From Amoebidium appalachense (lineage: Eukaryota > Protista > Ichthyosporea), in contig CAVNZM010000003.1 in NCBI GenBank assembly GCA_963693365.1, positions 2,552,587 to 2,616,586 on the forward strand: DNA of 64,000 bases. The letters run 5' to 3'. Shown here one piece after another: positions 37,626 through 56,904 of the stretch. The notes beneath the pieces are model-generated. The model was not told where the DNA came from and made no database searches. It worked only from the letters and a program-made list of their open reading frames with translations. The position numbers were made by a program, and so were the translations under genes. The number at the start of each line of letters is the position of its first letter. The first letter of the stretch is position 1.

Positions 37626-39236
37626 GTTAGCAACCAATTTGCGGTATGCTGTGTCTTTGTGATAATAAGTATGAAGATGGCGGGTAGCGGCCTGGGTGGT
37701 GGTCATATCTGCTTGACCCTTGCTCGTTGTGTGTGTGTGTGTGTGTTTTTCGAAAATCCTGTCTGCCTCCGTGAGATTTCGGATTGCCCAACTAAACCGT
37801 TATAACGGTGGCGCCCTGCGAATCTTTGGTCCCTTGAATATGCAGAGTTTACGGGAAGAATGTGTGACGACCATTAATTAGCCATAGTACGTGCGGTCTA
37901 GACAGGGGTGGTCAAATAAGCCTCCAGCCTACGCGTACAGGTACCGGTGTACGCGTGTGTACGTGCGTGTCGTGTGCTCGCGTGTACGCGTGCCTGTCAC
38001 GGTGTGCCACGGTGGTGCGCGTGGCTCACGGCTTCAGGATCATGATCACTGTGCGCTGCAGTCAAACGAAGTCGGCTCAGGTGTGCCGTTCACACCAAAA
38101 AATGATATCAACAAAATAAGGGCATGTTGGCTTGCCAGAGGACGTTGGTTCTTTCTTTTTTCTTAAAGGATTCAGCTTTATTGTGCGGCCTTGCCTCATT
38201 CACTCTACAGTATGTGTACATAACACCCGCGGAAGCCGGGCACGGCCACGTGCTTGTGGTATTAGAAAAAGCGCGCCAAAATTCAGGATAGCCAATCATC
38301 GTGCACGAACCTTTTCGAGATAGAATTTATGACATAGTTTTAACTGTTCAAAAGGGTTTAGGTCTAGTCAAACAGAGAGTACGTTTGTAGACTACTCCAA
38401 GCCTTAGCCGGCGGCGGGTTGCTGGCAACTGCGAACACCTCAAAGCAAGGCAACATGGAAAGGTGAATGAGCTGACAGCAGGGATGGTGTTGTTTCAGAG
38501 TTTGCCTTAACTAGCGCCTTTCTTGTAGATTGTAGACGTTGCAAGGTTTTATTCGCAGCACCGGCCTGTGGCTATCAAGGAACGGTTAGCTATAAGGGTG
38601 GATCATGGTGGTTTAGGTTGAATGATCGCAGCAGATCCTGCTTGCAGGTTATAACAACTTTAAAGGCGTTTAAGGAGCAGGAAAAGTCGTGAGACGGTAG
38701 ATAGTAGGAGAAGAAGATGAGCGCGGACGTTGCATCTTTGGTGGCTTCCACCTCAGGTTCGAACATTGTCGGGGATGAAGGTAAGAGCAAGGAGCTGATA
38801 GAATGTTTTCTTGGCAGCGTGTGTCTGATAACGCAAGAATTCGTCAGCTTGCTCATAATTATGTTCGTAACGAACTTGTTTCGCAGGAGTGATAGCACAA
38901 AATTCAAATTATCCGCGCAACCGCCTTTATAAAGTCGTCCTCAACCCTACCTAGCTAGTATAATTATGCAACCTGGGTAGCTTGTTTGCAGTCATTACCC
39001 AGCGCAATATCCCACCACCCCACCGTTTTTCACTGAACACCACAGCTCGCTTTTGTCACCTATGCTACATGCATGACGTTCTCCCCCTCCCCCCCTCCCC
39101 CCCCCCTCCCCCCCCCCCCAAAAAAAAGAAATAACTAAATAAATACATAAATATTAAATAGAAAATCATTTACATCACGTACAAGGCACTGCTAAATAAC
39201 TTGGTGTGTAGCGACCCGCTAGCTTGCACCTGTTTG

Positions 39237-46098
<6,862 letters not shown>

Positions 46099-47079
46099 GT
46101 GTTCCTTGTTTTCTTAGTACTGAGTTCCCACCACAGAGTTGGCTTGGGCGAGGAATTTGGGACTCTGTCCCTGTTTTTCTGCTCCCCTTCAGTTCTTTGG
46201 CAAGGTTGAATGCTGGCATGTACCTGTGCACGTGGTTTGCTTGATTTGTCCCTCCTCTGGTGTGTTGTCTTACCAAAATGTCCTGTTTCTCCTCATAATT
46301 TACTGCCGGTTTGGGAACAAGGTTGTGGGTACTTTCGAATGATGATTGTGTTCGTTTGTGATGGTAGAGACAGTATCAGTTTTTCCTCGTAAATGTAATG
46401 TCGTATGTATACTTGCCGTTTAGTGGCTGGTGATGGTAATATTCAGTGCCTTCTCGTCAATTCAACATCGCACATTTCATAGCTTTGGTAGTGATGGTTA
46501 TGCTTCGTACCAGTCTTTCCCCGTAAATGTAACATCGTATCTCATCGATTTGGTGGTAATAGTAATGTTCTGCATCAGATTTCTCTCGTGAATTCGACAT
46601 GGTATTCGTCGGTTTAGTGTTGATGGTAGAGTCAGTATCAGTTTTTTTGACGCTTATTCCTCGTAAATGCAACGTAGTGTTTCATTGGATAGGTGGTGGT
46701 TTCGAATCTCGAATGTCTGGCAGTCAATAATATGGATGCCAAGTATATGCATGGGTAAGGTAGAGATGTGATTTGATGTGAATATGTGAACGTAATTGGC
46801 GCCGTAAATGGTGCTGTTGTAGTCAATCAGATTGATTCTGTAAAGAAGCAAGCGATCCCATTGGCTACCAGTGTGCCTATGTGCGATCTGGTTGTTTACA
46901 ACGTGATCATGAGCCATGATCAATAACAGAACCAGATACTCGTGTGACACATCATGAGAAAAAGACACTCGGAGGGAGACGCACACCCCACCACCACCAC
47001 CATACCATCGTGCACAAGCACCCACACATAGTAACACACACAAGCACAGCTTGACATTGGCCGACGCGCAGACACAGAC

Positions 47080-47114
<35 letters not shown>

Positions 47115-47130
47115 CACATACACACATTGT

Positions 47131-47209
<79 letters not shown>

Positions 47210-47721
47210 CCATGAATATGAAAGCTTTCTCATCCCAAAGGGGTGCTGGTGGCATGAGTATGCCAATTAGACTCATAAAACTTCATGAATCAGTGTTATT
47301 GAAAGAACATCATCCCCGGGTTCTCTGGCATTTTCAAATTTATAGGCTACACTGTGACCTATGTATGACGATAAAGCATTACTGTAAATCTATACATCTT
47401 CGCAAGGTCATCAATTTGAATTCACCCGTGGCAGCAGAAGAAATCAAAATGCCACCACAATATCACCAACCTAGCCTGAGCTATTAGGGGCCTAGTGCCG
47501 GTACGTATACTTACGGACCAACCGAGACATGCAGCACCCCGTACATGTCATAAGAGTGCTTAGTGTGGCTCGGTTGTGGGAAAATAGAAGGGGGACGTCC
47601 ACAGACAAGTGTCCACTCCTGCCCTCCGTTTTTTTTTTTTTCGCAAGGCAACTAATTGGGTTACTCCGTTCTCACACTTCAAACCAAAAAATTTTACTGG
47701 CAGTCTTCGTGTGCGTAAATT

Positions 47722-47764
<43 letters not shown>

Positions 47765-47809
47765 ACCACCACCACCCACCTTTTTCGTTGTTGTTGTTGG
47801 GGTTTTTTT

Positions 47810-47863
<54 letters not shown>

Positions 47864-48132
47864 ATGACAACGATTTGCCTGACGTGGCAAGGTTGACTGG
47901 AACACACGTGATATACAACTATAGAAGGCGGCACAAGCTACAGCATCATGCAGAAGTCCAAGCACTTGCATATGTCCTTTTCGTGTGAACATGCACGCAT
48001 GCGCGTTTGCGTGTATGTACATGTGTGCATGTGTGTGTGTGTGTGTGTACATGCGACCGTGTGCGAGTAATGGTCAAGGATTGATATTGCAGCACCCCAG
48101 AGGGGTGGGGGGGGGGGGGGGGGGGGGGGGGG

Positions 48133-48926
48133 GTTGAATGCGTCATAAAGTACGAAGAACACAAGAACAAACGGATAACACGATGCAGAGTGCAAGCCAT
48201 ACATAAAGAGTATGCATAATAAGCAGAGCCCATCCTCAGAGGGGGGGGGGGGGGGGGGGGGGGGGTTTGAATGCTTCAAAAAGTACGAAGTACACAAGAA
48301 CAAACGGATAACACGATGCAGAGTGCAAGCCATACATAAAGAGTATGCATAATAAGCAGAGCCCATCCTCAGGGGTGGCCCACGTCATCCACAGTACCCG
48401 AGTTTCGACCTATTCACCTCGTTAACGAAACCCAACTCAGATACTGTTTCACTTGAACATGAGTAGGTCACCCGATCTTGGTCAGAGACGAGCAGGGTTG
48501 CTTATGCAGGCAAGGGCAGTGGGAAAGGCCGGGGGTTAAAGTTGCAGCAGTAAGCAGAAGCAAGAAAAATATAGATAGGAACTCAGGAGACGGGGCTTCT
48601 AGGAAGCTCCCCCGTCGCTACCTAAGTCGATACTTCCTTGGCTAACATATTTCACCAGCTGAAAAGAATTAAGTCCCGAAGGCCGCAGAATTCGCAATCA
48701 GAGGGGAAATTAAGAGATTTGACCCACGCCGCAGGGTAGTAACACGCTTACTAGGGCGGAACTTTAACGTCTTCGAACGGAAAGCTATGCCCCCGGATGT
48801 CAGCCGGAAATATGGTATCACCCATTGCTTTGGGCTTGAAAAAAGCCAAATCGATTGTCCGAGTTATGTTACGCCGGCGGGTAACATGCCGCATGGGTTC
48901 CAAGGGAGCTGTCGCCAACAGAGCGG
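48133..48926 (-). mobile_element. Longest copy of the poly-C-associated element with a tandem 3'-end duplication (pseudo-LTR-like)
   Basis: 48268-48596 matches 12670-13000 inverted. The last ~105 bp are repeated at 48133-48240 across a G-tract. Unique sequence continues to a (GT)-rich tract at ~48926; the 5' limit is inferred. Confidence 0.7.
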
Positions 48927-49166
48927 TGTGTGCATGCGTGCGCGTAACGCAATGTGTGATGTGTGTCTATCGCTATGAGAGGGGGTATGCAGAAGTGGAC
49001 AGATGAAGTGTGTGGAGAGAAAAACAGTAAGAAGAAAAGTAGACACCGGTGTGTGCAACCCCGCACAACATACATTCACACACACACACACATAAATAAG
49101 CGAAGATTACAGGTAATCAACCAGAACAACAAATGACAAGCAAAACAACAGGCGCCAAAAAAAAAA

Positions 49167-49207
<41 letters not shown>

Positions 49208-49214
49208 GAGAGAG

Positions 49215-49285
<71 letters not shown>

Positions 49286-49700
49286 GGGGGGGGGGGGGGG
49301 GGAGGGAAGGGGGGGGAGGGGGGGGGGGAGGGGGAGGGGGGTCTTAGGGATGCTGCAGAATCGTCAGATATTAGACAAATCGTACCAATACGATCATTCT
49401 CTCATATATGAGAGAAGATTGTGACTAACGATGTGCAGAGCTGGTTAAGACCTGTTGAGTGTGCAGAGAAAATGGGAGGGGAAGGAGGGAGGGGAAGGGG
49501 GGGGGGGGGGGGGGGGGGGGGGAAGTAAGATAGGGGAGGGAATGTTATAGTGTCAGTAGTCTCAGGGGACCCTGCAGAGTCGTTAGATATCAGACAAAAA
49601 CGCACCAACGACCAAGTTCTCCAAGGGGAGAAATGCCTAAAACGGTCTGCAGAGTGGGTTAGAGACCTGCTGATGAGAAGAGTGGATACAGGGTTTGGCC

Positions 49701-49742
<42 letters not shown>

Positions 49743-50113
49743 AGGGGGGGAAAGAAGGTAGGAGGGGAAGGGGGGGGGAGGGGGGCGGGGAAGGGCGAAG
49801 GGCGAAGGGAGGGGAGGGAGGGAGGGGGAAAAGGGGGGGCGGGCGGGGGGAGGAGAAGAATTAATTAACCCTAAAAAAATAAAAAAAAACCTGTCGTGGA
49901 CAGATCAGAGACGAGAGCTCCATTTCAAAACTTACCAGGCAACCCAAAAACCTAGCCGGCTGAGAAAGAAGAACGGCGGGGGAATTGTTTGGGAAAAGGA
50001 GCGGGGGGGAGAGGAGGGGGGGGGGGGGGGGGAAGGAGGAGGGAGAGAGGGGGGAGGGAGAGAGAGAGAGAGGGAGGGAGAGAACGAGAGAGAACGAAAG
50101 AGAGAGAGAGGGA

Positions 50114-50241
<128 letters not shown>

Positions 50242-50358
50242 AGGGAGAGAGGGAGAGGGAGAGAGTGAGAGGGAGAGAGAGAGGGAGGGGGGGGGGGAAG
50301 AGGTGTAGGGGGTGGTAGGGGGGGGGGGAGGGGGGGGGGATCGGGATAGAGTGGGGGA

Positions 50359-51076
50359 CTAGGGAGTGTTGATCTTTTTAGTGATGATGGAGAGTAGGTG
50401 AGAGGAGTGAACGCCACGGTATATGTGCGGGTGTGTGGCGAGAAAGCTGTGCATTTTGTGGTGCAAGAGTCTAAACGAGTAGCCTTTGTTAAGCAATGTT
50501 TTAGCAAGTCGTGCAGTACATGTGGTGAATGCAGCAAGTGTGGAGCATTTGCGCTGGTAGCTATGCATTTTGACTTGTCATGATGCAGTATTTTGCAGTG
50601 CGGGAGATGAATGAGTCGTGGTGTGGGAAACGAACGATGTCTAGTGTATTGAATGTGGGTGTGTCGAGCTTGTTGTAGATGGTTGTGTGAATGCCGTGAT
50701 TGCAGGTGATATGCAAGTCGAGGTAGGGGACAGAGGGGGAGGAACCGGCAGGGTTGAGTTGAAGGCTGGTCTTGGGATATAGACCGAAATCACAATCTTC
50801 TAAATAGAGGTGGGAGAGAATGCGAGGATTATAAAGGGAGATCAAATCATCTATGTAGCGGCGAGTAAACTGAAAATCTACCAAGACATCAATGCGGTCG
50901 TGTGCAATTAGCTTGCGAACAAAATCCAACTCATAAGTAAAGAGATAGAAATTAGCCAAGAAAACAGCACAGTTTGTACCCATGGGGATACCAATGTCCT
51001 GTTTGTAGAGGGTATCGCCAAACACAACATATATGTTATCTACGAGGAAACATAGAAAATCCACAAGCTGTGCCTT

Positions 51077-51078
<2 letters not shown>
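50359..51078 (-). mobile_element. 5'-truncated Penelope-like retroelement reverse transcriptase (palm and thumb), one frameshift
   Basis: Motifs DNIYVVFGDTLYKQDIGIPMGTNCAVFLANFYL, RYIDD and YLDL. Removing one A from the A4 run at ~50567-50570 joins IMTSQ to MHSYQRKCS...LLNKGY...stop 50359. The fragment begins immediately after a poly-C tract. Confidence 0.88.
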
Positions 51079-51116
<38 letters not shown>

Positions 51117-51493
51117 TTTTCTATATCTGTCAGGTTCACTGCTAGAGTTCTCTAGGGTTGGCACGGCACTTTTTATTTTTTCATTCATTCATAGTAAAGT
51201 TTTTAAGGTTCAACTAGCACAAGGATTGCACACAAGCATCACGAGTCCTAAACAAAAGGTCTTCCAGGTTCCCACGCCCCACCTTAACCCCCATCGGTGC
51301 TATCGGAACCCCATACCTGATTACAACCTACCGTAGCACACACCCGCACTCACGCGCATACATAAACGCATGCACACACGCACACCCGCACGCACACACG
51401 CTCGGACGTGCGCACATACGTACATACACACACACACATACACGCACGCACACACACGGGGTCACGGTAGGAACGGACATGTAAGAAATACAG

Positions 51494-51524
<31 letters not shown>

Positions 51525-51859
51525 TTCACCCCACGCAACCAAAAAAAAAAAAAAAAAAAAAAAAAAAGGAGGACACACGCCAAGCAAACCAACAAAGGCA
51601 TTGCATTCTCACCCAACTTAGACAGAGGCAGCGCAGAGCGCCAATCCAGATAAACCTCCCTCCTCTGCACAACTACAAACCCCCACATCCAAAGAGGTAA
51701 CGAGAGCAACTACCCAGTTACTGTAGTGGACATCCCTTCACACAGATGCACCAAAATAAGAGGAAACGGTGGGTGATCTCTGGGAAAAAGTCGTCGTTTG
51801 CTCGCAGAAACGGACCAGAGGGGCGGGGCAGACTCCAAGACACCAATACGGCGGAATGC

Positions 51860-51861
51860 TC

Positions 51862-51895
<34 letters not shown>

Positions 51896-52058
51896 GGAGG
51901 GGGGGGGGGGGGGGGTGTGTTAGAAAATCGTGTGCATGCATGTGTGTAATACTTTTGTGTGTGTTTGCGTGTATGTGCCTGCGCCGCATGCATAAGAATG
52001 GACAATCGGTATTTTGGTACATGCACACTTGTGCTCGCACAAGTCTGAGGGTGGGCAA

Positions 52059-52109
<51 letters not shown>

Positions 52110-52713
52110 AAGGGAGCTAAAAACACAGGAGAATGCACATCAAATACTATCACATAAAATTGTTCTGTGCCGTAAGGGAAAAAAAAAACAGCCACCCCAC
52201 TTACATAAACACCCACACACACAAACACCTACACACCCACACCCACACTCAGCACACCACCACCCCACCAAAAACACAAGCACACTTACATAGCGGTACT
52301 TTGTCGAGTAGTCCTTAGGCGCAATCACCAGACCTCGTCCCTTCCTTGCCCCCCTGTACACCGTCTCTATCACATCAATCATCTCCTGTTTGTCCGGTAT
52401 GACCCAGTTGATCTTGTTGTTGTTACCAGTCCCCAAATCAATCATCATGTGCTTGTTGCGGTAGAAAAACATCACCGTGCATGGGTCGTACAACTCGTAC
52501 ATTTTGTTAAAGTCCGGAACTTCCGTAATGTCAACCTGTAGTGAGGGTGGGTGGGTGGGTGCAGGGGTGGCGTTGGGGGGGAAGAGGGGGGGGGGGGGGG
52601 GGGGAGAGGAGGAGGGAGGGAGTGGGGGTAAGGGAGGGGAAAGGGGGTTTTGGGGAGAGGGGGGAGGGGGGAGGTGGGTTTGCGGGTGTGGTGCAGTATG
52701 TACGTGCACGGTT

Positions 52714-52778
<65 letters not shown>

Positions 52779-53485
52779 TTGGAGAAAACGCGGAGAGAAG
52801 GTGACGGGGAGAGGGATGACGGTGAGAATGTTGGGTACAATATAGAACATAAGGTAAGTGACTGAAAAACAAGCTCAGCCATGTTAGAATAACACAAACA
52901 AGGTGCTCACATCGGAAAATTTAGGCGTGTGAGCGTGTGTGTATTTCCACATATGCGTGCTTGTTGAAATGTTTAATGCAGGGGAAATGACGGGAAGGAG
53001 TGGTGGTGTTCACTTAAGAGAGATAGGCCCGGCGGATAAAGGAAGGGTGAATGACAGTGGGGGAACACCAAAGTGGGTGGGGGCAGCAGCCAAGGGCAAG
53101 AGGCGGGGGTCAGAGTGTGATGAGACATGGCATACTGAACAAGAAGGGAGGGAAGGAGCAGTTGAGAAAGGGCAAGTACACAAAAGGGGATGGCTGGGGC
53201 AAGTTTGGGAGAAGGCGATTAGGGGGAGGGGGGAGGGGAGAGAGCGAGCACTTGGCGGGTTAAGCGTGGGAGTGTAAAGAAGAATCACACTGGGTTTAGA
53301 AGGCAAGGGGAATGGGGTGAGGAAAGCCGGGGGGGGGGGGGGGGGGGGGGGGGGAAGGGGGGAGGGGCCACACCAGACCCACTAGAAAGAAAGGCATGGT
53401 GGATGGGTGGCTTGGGGGGGGGGGGAAGGGGATGGTGGGGGGGTTGGGGGGATGGGAGAGGGGGTGGAGGGGGGGGGGGGGGGGG

Positions 53486-53583
<98 letters not shown>

Positions 53584-54217
53584 CATGTCAACTGCAAGAA
53601 AAAACCACGAAGAAGAAGGAAACTAAACAACATTTTAAGACCTAGCAAGAGTTATGATGGATCCGAAAGGTGGGAAGAGCCGGAAACTAAAAGGTGGCAA
53701 AGCAACTCATGGCGAAGACAAGAGGTGTAACATGAAACCCACTGCAAAGTCTTGGACCCAAGAACTTGCAGCTATCTCCCTGCACGCGTGACCGCCCCCT
53801 CCCCCCCCAAACGCCCAAAAGCAGAATTTCCTCTCTCTCTCTCCCCCCGCCTCCCTCTCTCCCCCCCCCCCCCCCCCCCACACACACTCTGTCTCCCTCA
53901 GAGCCTCCCCCCCCCCCCTCTGTCTCTACCTCCTTCTCCCCTCCCCCCCCTTCTCTCTTTCTCACCCCCCCCCCTCTCCCTCTCGTTTGAACTCACCCAC
54001 GTGCACCTCTACATCCCCCTCCCCCCGCCCTCCTTCTCTCTTTCCCCCCCCTCCCCCCCCAACTCCCTCCCTACCCACTGGTCAAACACGCATTCTACAC
54101 CCGTCCTTACCCCCTCCCCCCCCCCCCCCCCTCCTCCTCCCCGGCCCTGTTACCTCCTCCCCAACCCTCTACATACAAAGACACACAGACACACACACAC
54201 AGACACACACACACACA

Positions 54218-54271
<54 letters not shown>

Positions 54272-54851
54272 ATTGCGTCCCTGCTACCAACCACAGTCCA
54301 AAGAAAGAATACAATCTACTCTCCTCTTCCGTTGCCCTCGGTACCTCCCTATCACGTTTCTCCCTCCCCCTCTCTCCCCACCTCCCTTCCCCAACCCAGC
54401 CCGCCCTTCATATATCCTGCCATATTCCCCTTCCGCGCATGAGGTTGTAGAAATTTCCTCAGAGCTCCCCCCCCCCCCCCCCCCCTTCGCCCCCAAATCC
54501 CCCCCCTCCCCCTTTCCCTCTCCCCCCTCCCTCCCCTCCCCCCCCCCCCCCCCCTCCCCCCCCCCTCCAACCAACCCAACCACTGACCTCGCCACCTTCA
54601 CCAAACACCCAAGCAACCACACAACCGGAACACACAACAGGCACGCACGCACGCACGCACACACCCCATACCAGGTAAATAACGGCAAAGTTCTTGATCT
54701 TCTCAGCGACGCCGTAGAGGGTCTCGTCCATTTTCATACACTCGGGGTCCCAGTCGTGGCCGAATCGGAGCACCACCACCCGCTCCTCCTCGGAGAGAAT
54801 GGCCTGGTCTACCTGCCAGCCATTGTGCAAATGCGGGAGCATGAACGACAT
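51860..54851 (-). CDS. DIM1: U5 snRNP thioredoxin-like protein Dim1 (TXNL4A/DIB1)
   Basis: Exon 54672-54851 (MSFMLPHLHNGWQVDQAILSEEERVVVLRFGHDWDP...) and exon 52290-52535 (VDITEVPDFNKMYELYDP...KDYSTKYRY). A GTAAGT donor follows; the stop TGA is probably at 51860-51862 after a (CA)nAG acceptor. Confidence 0.96.
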
Positions 54852-56178
54852 CTTCAAAACCTCTTTTCCCCCAACGACAGTGAGCTATTGTTTTTCCCCA
54901 CCCCTCTTCAAGGTTTTTTTTCCCCCCTGGGCATGCGCAAAACTTTGCCATCGTTCCCGATGGCGCAATCGCGTGATCGCGTTGTCCGGAAAGGACTGAG
55001 ATTTTGATGACGCCATCACAAAATTGTATGGACAATGTGATCTTGTACATGGACAGATCGCACGCTGCTCACGAGTCCGGGAGAGCAGAGCAAATAACGC
55101 CATTTTGCCTTCGCACTGACGTCCCTTTGATAATTTATACGCTTCCTGTGCGTTTATCTAGATTTATGCTGCCTGCGGTATTCTCGTTTTTCCACAGTGT
55201 ACTGTATTACTGTGGCCGCATACCCCTCGCGAGCATGGGCGACGCCGGACGTTGTCACACCATTTCACACGTTGCACGTGGTAAAGGCAACCACTGTTGA
55301 TTGGCGGATCATCACGCTGTCGCTCAGTGCGGCTCGACGGCGCACGAGCCCATGTCCTGGTGGTTCATGGGGTCCATATGTGTTTCACGCAAGTTCGTTC
55401 TTCTGCCGCAGGCTCAAAGCTGCAACATCATACAGTGTATGTCTACTTGCATGACATACGTACGCATCAAGTGATGAGCTCTGATTGTCACATCTTGTGT
55501 TACAGTGGGCAAATATACATAGTTTATGCCCCATAGGCCATACATGTCCCCGCGCGCGACAGTAAGGGGTCTGCCAGTCACTTGTGAGGGGATTAAAACG
55601 AAAAGAAAAAGGGGACTCCGTAAATTTGAATTAAAGCGAAACAACGCTGTTACGTTGAATTATCACTATAGCATTTTAAGCAAAGTTTGAAACTTGTTAG
55701 AAATCCACGTCTTGTAACTCTCTGCAGTTAATGATAAGTGTCGAAGACGAAAACAATTTTCAACTACAATTTTTACGAGATTAGAAAACTGTTGGTCTTG
55801 TTAGATTTTCAAGAAGTGCCCAGTTTACGGGGAACTGATATGCTTGGACTGCTTGGCACATGTGACCAATGGACCATGGTGTCGCCTACTCCAATCAAGT
55901 TGCAAAGTTGCGATAGAGGAATGCACGAGAGGCTTGAAAGCTTCAAAACATCGGGCCATGATTGTTTTGAGACATCTAGAAAGCCAGCGAAAAAAATGCT
56001 GTTTTTTACAACTGTAGAAGGTGTTCCATTTTTTTCTTCCATCGAATCCTGATTCCCTCAGAGTGGCAAGCCCTTGTCAAGATCAAACACTCCTTAGATC
56101 TACCAATCCTTTTAGAGTAATCTTAGCTTTATACGGTACAGAAAGCCTGTCCCAATCAATTGGTGACTCAGGACAGGA

Positions 56179-56541
56179 ATTGGGATATTCGGGTTGGTTG
56201 TAAGGTTTTCGGGTCGGGCCGAAGGCCCTAACGGGCCGCAGGCCCGCCTATTGGGCCGCTAGGCCCTGGGCCGCTAGCCCCGGGGCCCCGGGGACCGGGG
56301 GGCCCGACCCGGCCCGCGAGCCACCCCCGGCCCGGCCCGGCGGCCCCGGGGTTAGCAGCGGCTGCTAACCCCGGGGCCGCCGGGCCGGGCCGGGGGTGGC
56401 TCGCGGGCCGGGTCGGGCCCCCCGGTCCCCGGGGCCCCGGGGCTAGCGGCCCAGGGCCTAGCGGCCCAATAGGCGGGCCTGCGGCCCGTTAGGGCCTTCG
56501 GCCCGACCCGAAAACCTTACAACCAACCCGAATATCCCAAT
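56179..56541. repeat. Perfect 363-bp GC-rich palindrome (181-bp arms, 1-nt centre at 56360)
   Basis: attgggatattcgggttggttgtaaggttttcggg...gttagcagc-G-gctgctaac...cccgaaaaccttacaaccaacccgaatatcccaat. The arms contain nested GGGCC-N3/4-GGCCC hairpins. Confidence 0.97.
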
Positions 56542-56658
56542 ATTGCTTCATTCTGATTGGTTGTCACACCACGGGATTTCCCGATTGTTCTTCCAATGAC
56601 ATTTTCTATCACTATCGACAGTTCTCCAATATTAGAACAGAAAACGGTTTATACCCAG

Positions 56659-56744
56659 ATGGCCAGATGGCCAGATCAAATTCAGTCTGTGAGCAGGGGG
56701 GGGGGGATCCACCTGAAGTCAAAACAATCTGGCCATCTGGCCAT
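56659..56744. repeat. 18-bp inverted repeat ATGGCCAGATGGCCAGAT / ATCTGGCCATCTGGCCAT
   Basis: Arms at 56659-56676 and 56727-56744, with a 50-nt spacer. Confidence 0.8.
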
Positions 56745-56904
56745 GTGGCCATAGAATAGATTAGCATGTAAGGCACTGGCTGCCACCACTGGGGGCCGTG
56801 GTTCCGGCAGCAGGGGGGGCACAGGAGCAGGGGAGGCACACGTGCACAGGAGGCTGGGGAGAGTGGGGGAACCATGGTTGTGTGATACTATCTATCCCCC
56901 ATGT

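Noticed and set aside
38590-38907. 105-aa ORF between GUF1 and the carrier gene
   Set aside because: Non-ATG start, no recognisable motif and no supported splice partner. It cannot be excluded without RNA data.
55738-56178. Short ORFs left of the palindrome as a disrupted gene
   Set aside because: All frames contain stops and I recognised no homology.
56170-56550. Target-site duplication defining the palindrome as a Harbinger- or hAT-type MITE
   Set aside because: No symmetric boundary gave a convincing direct repeat on both flanks.
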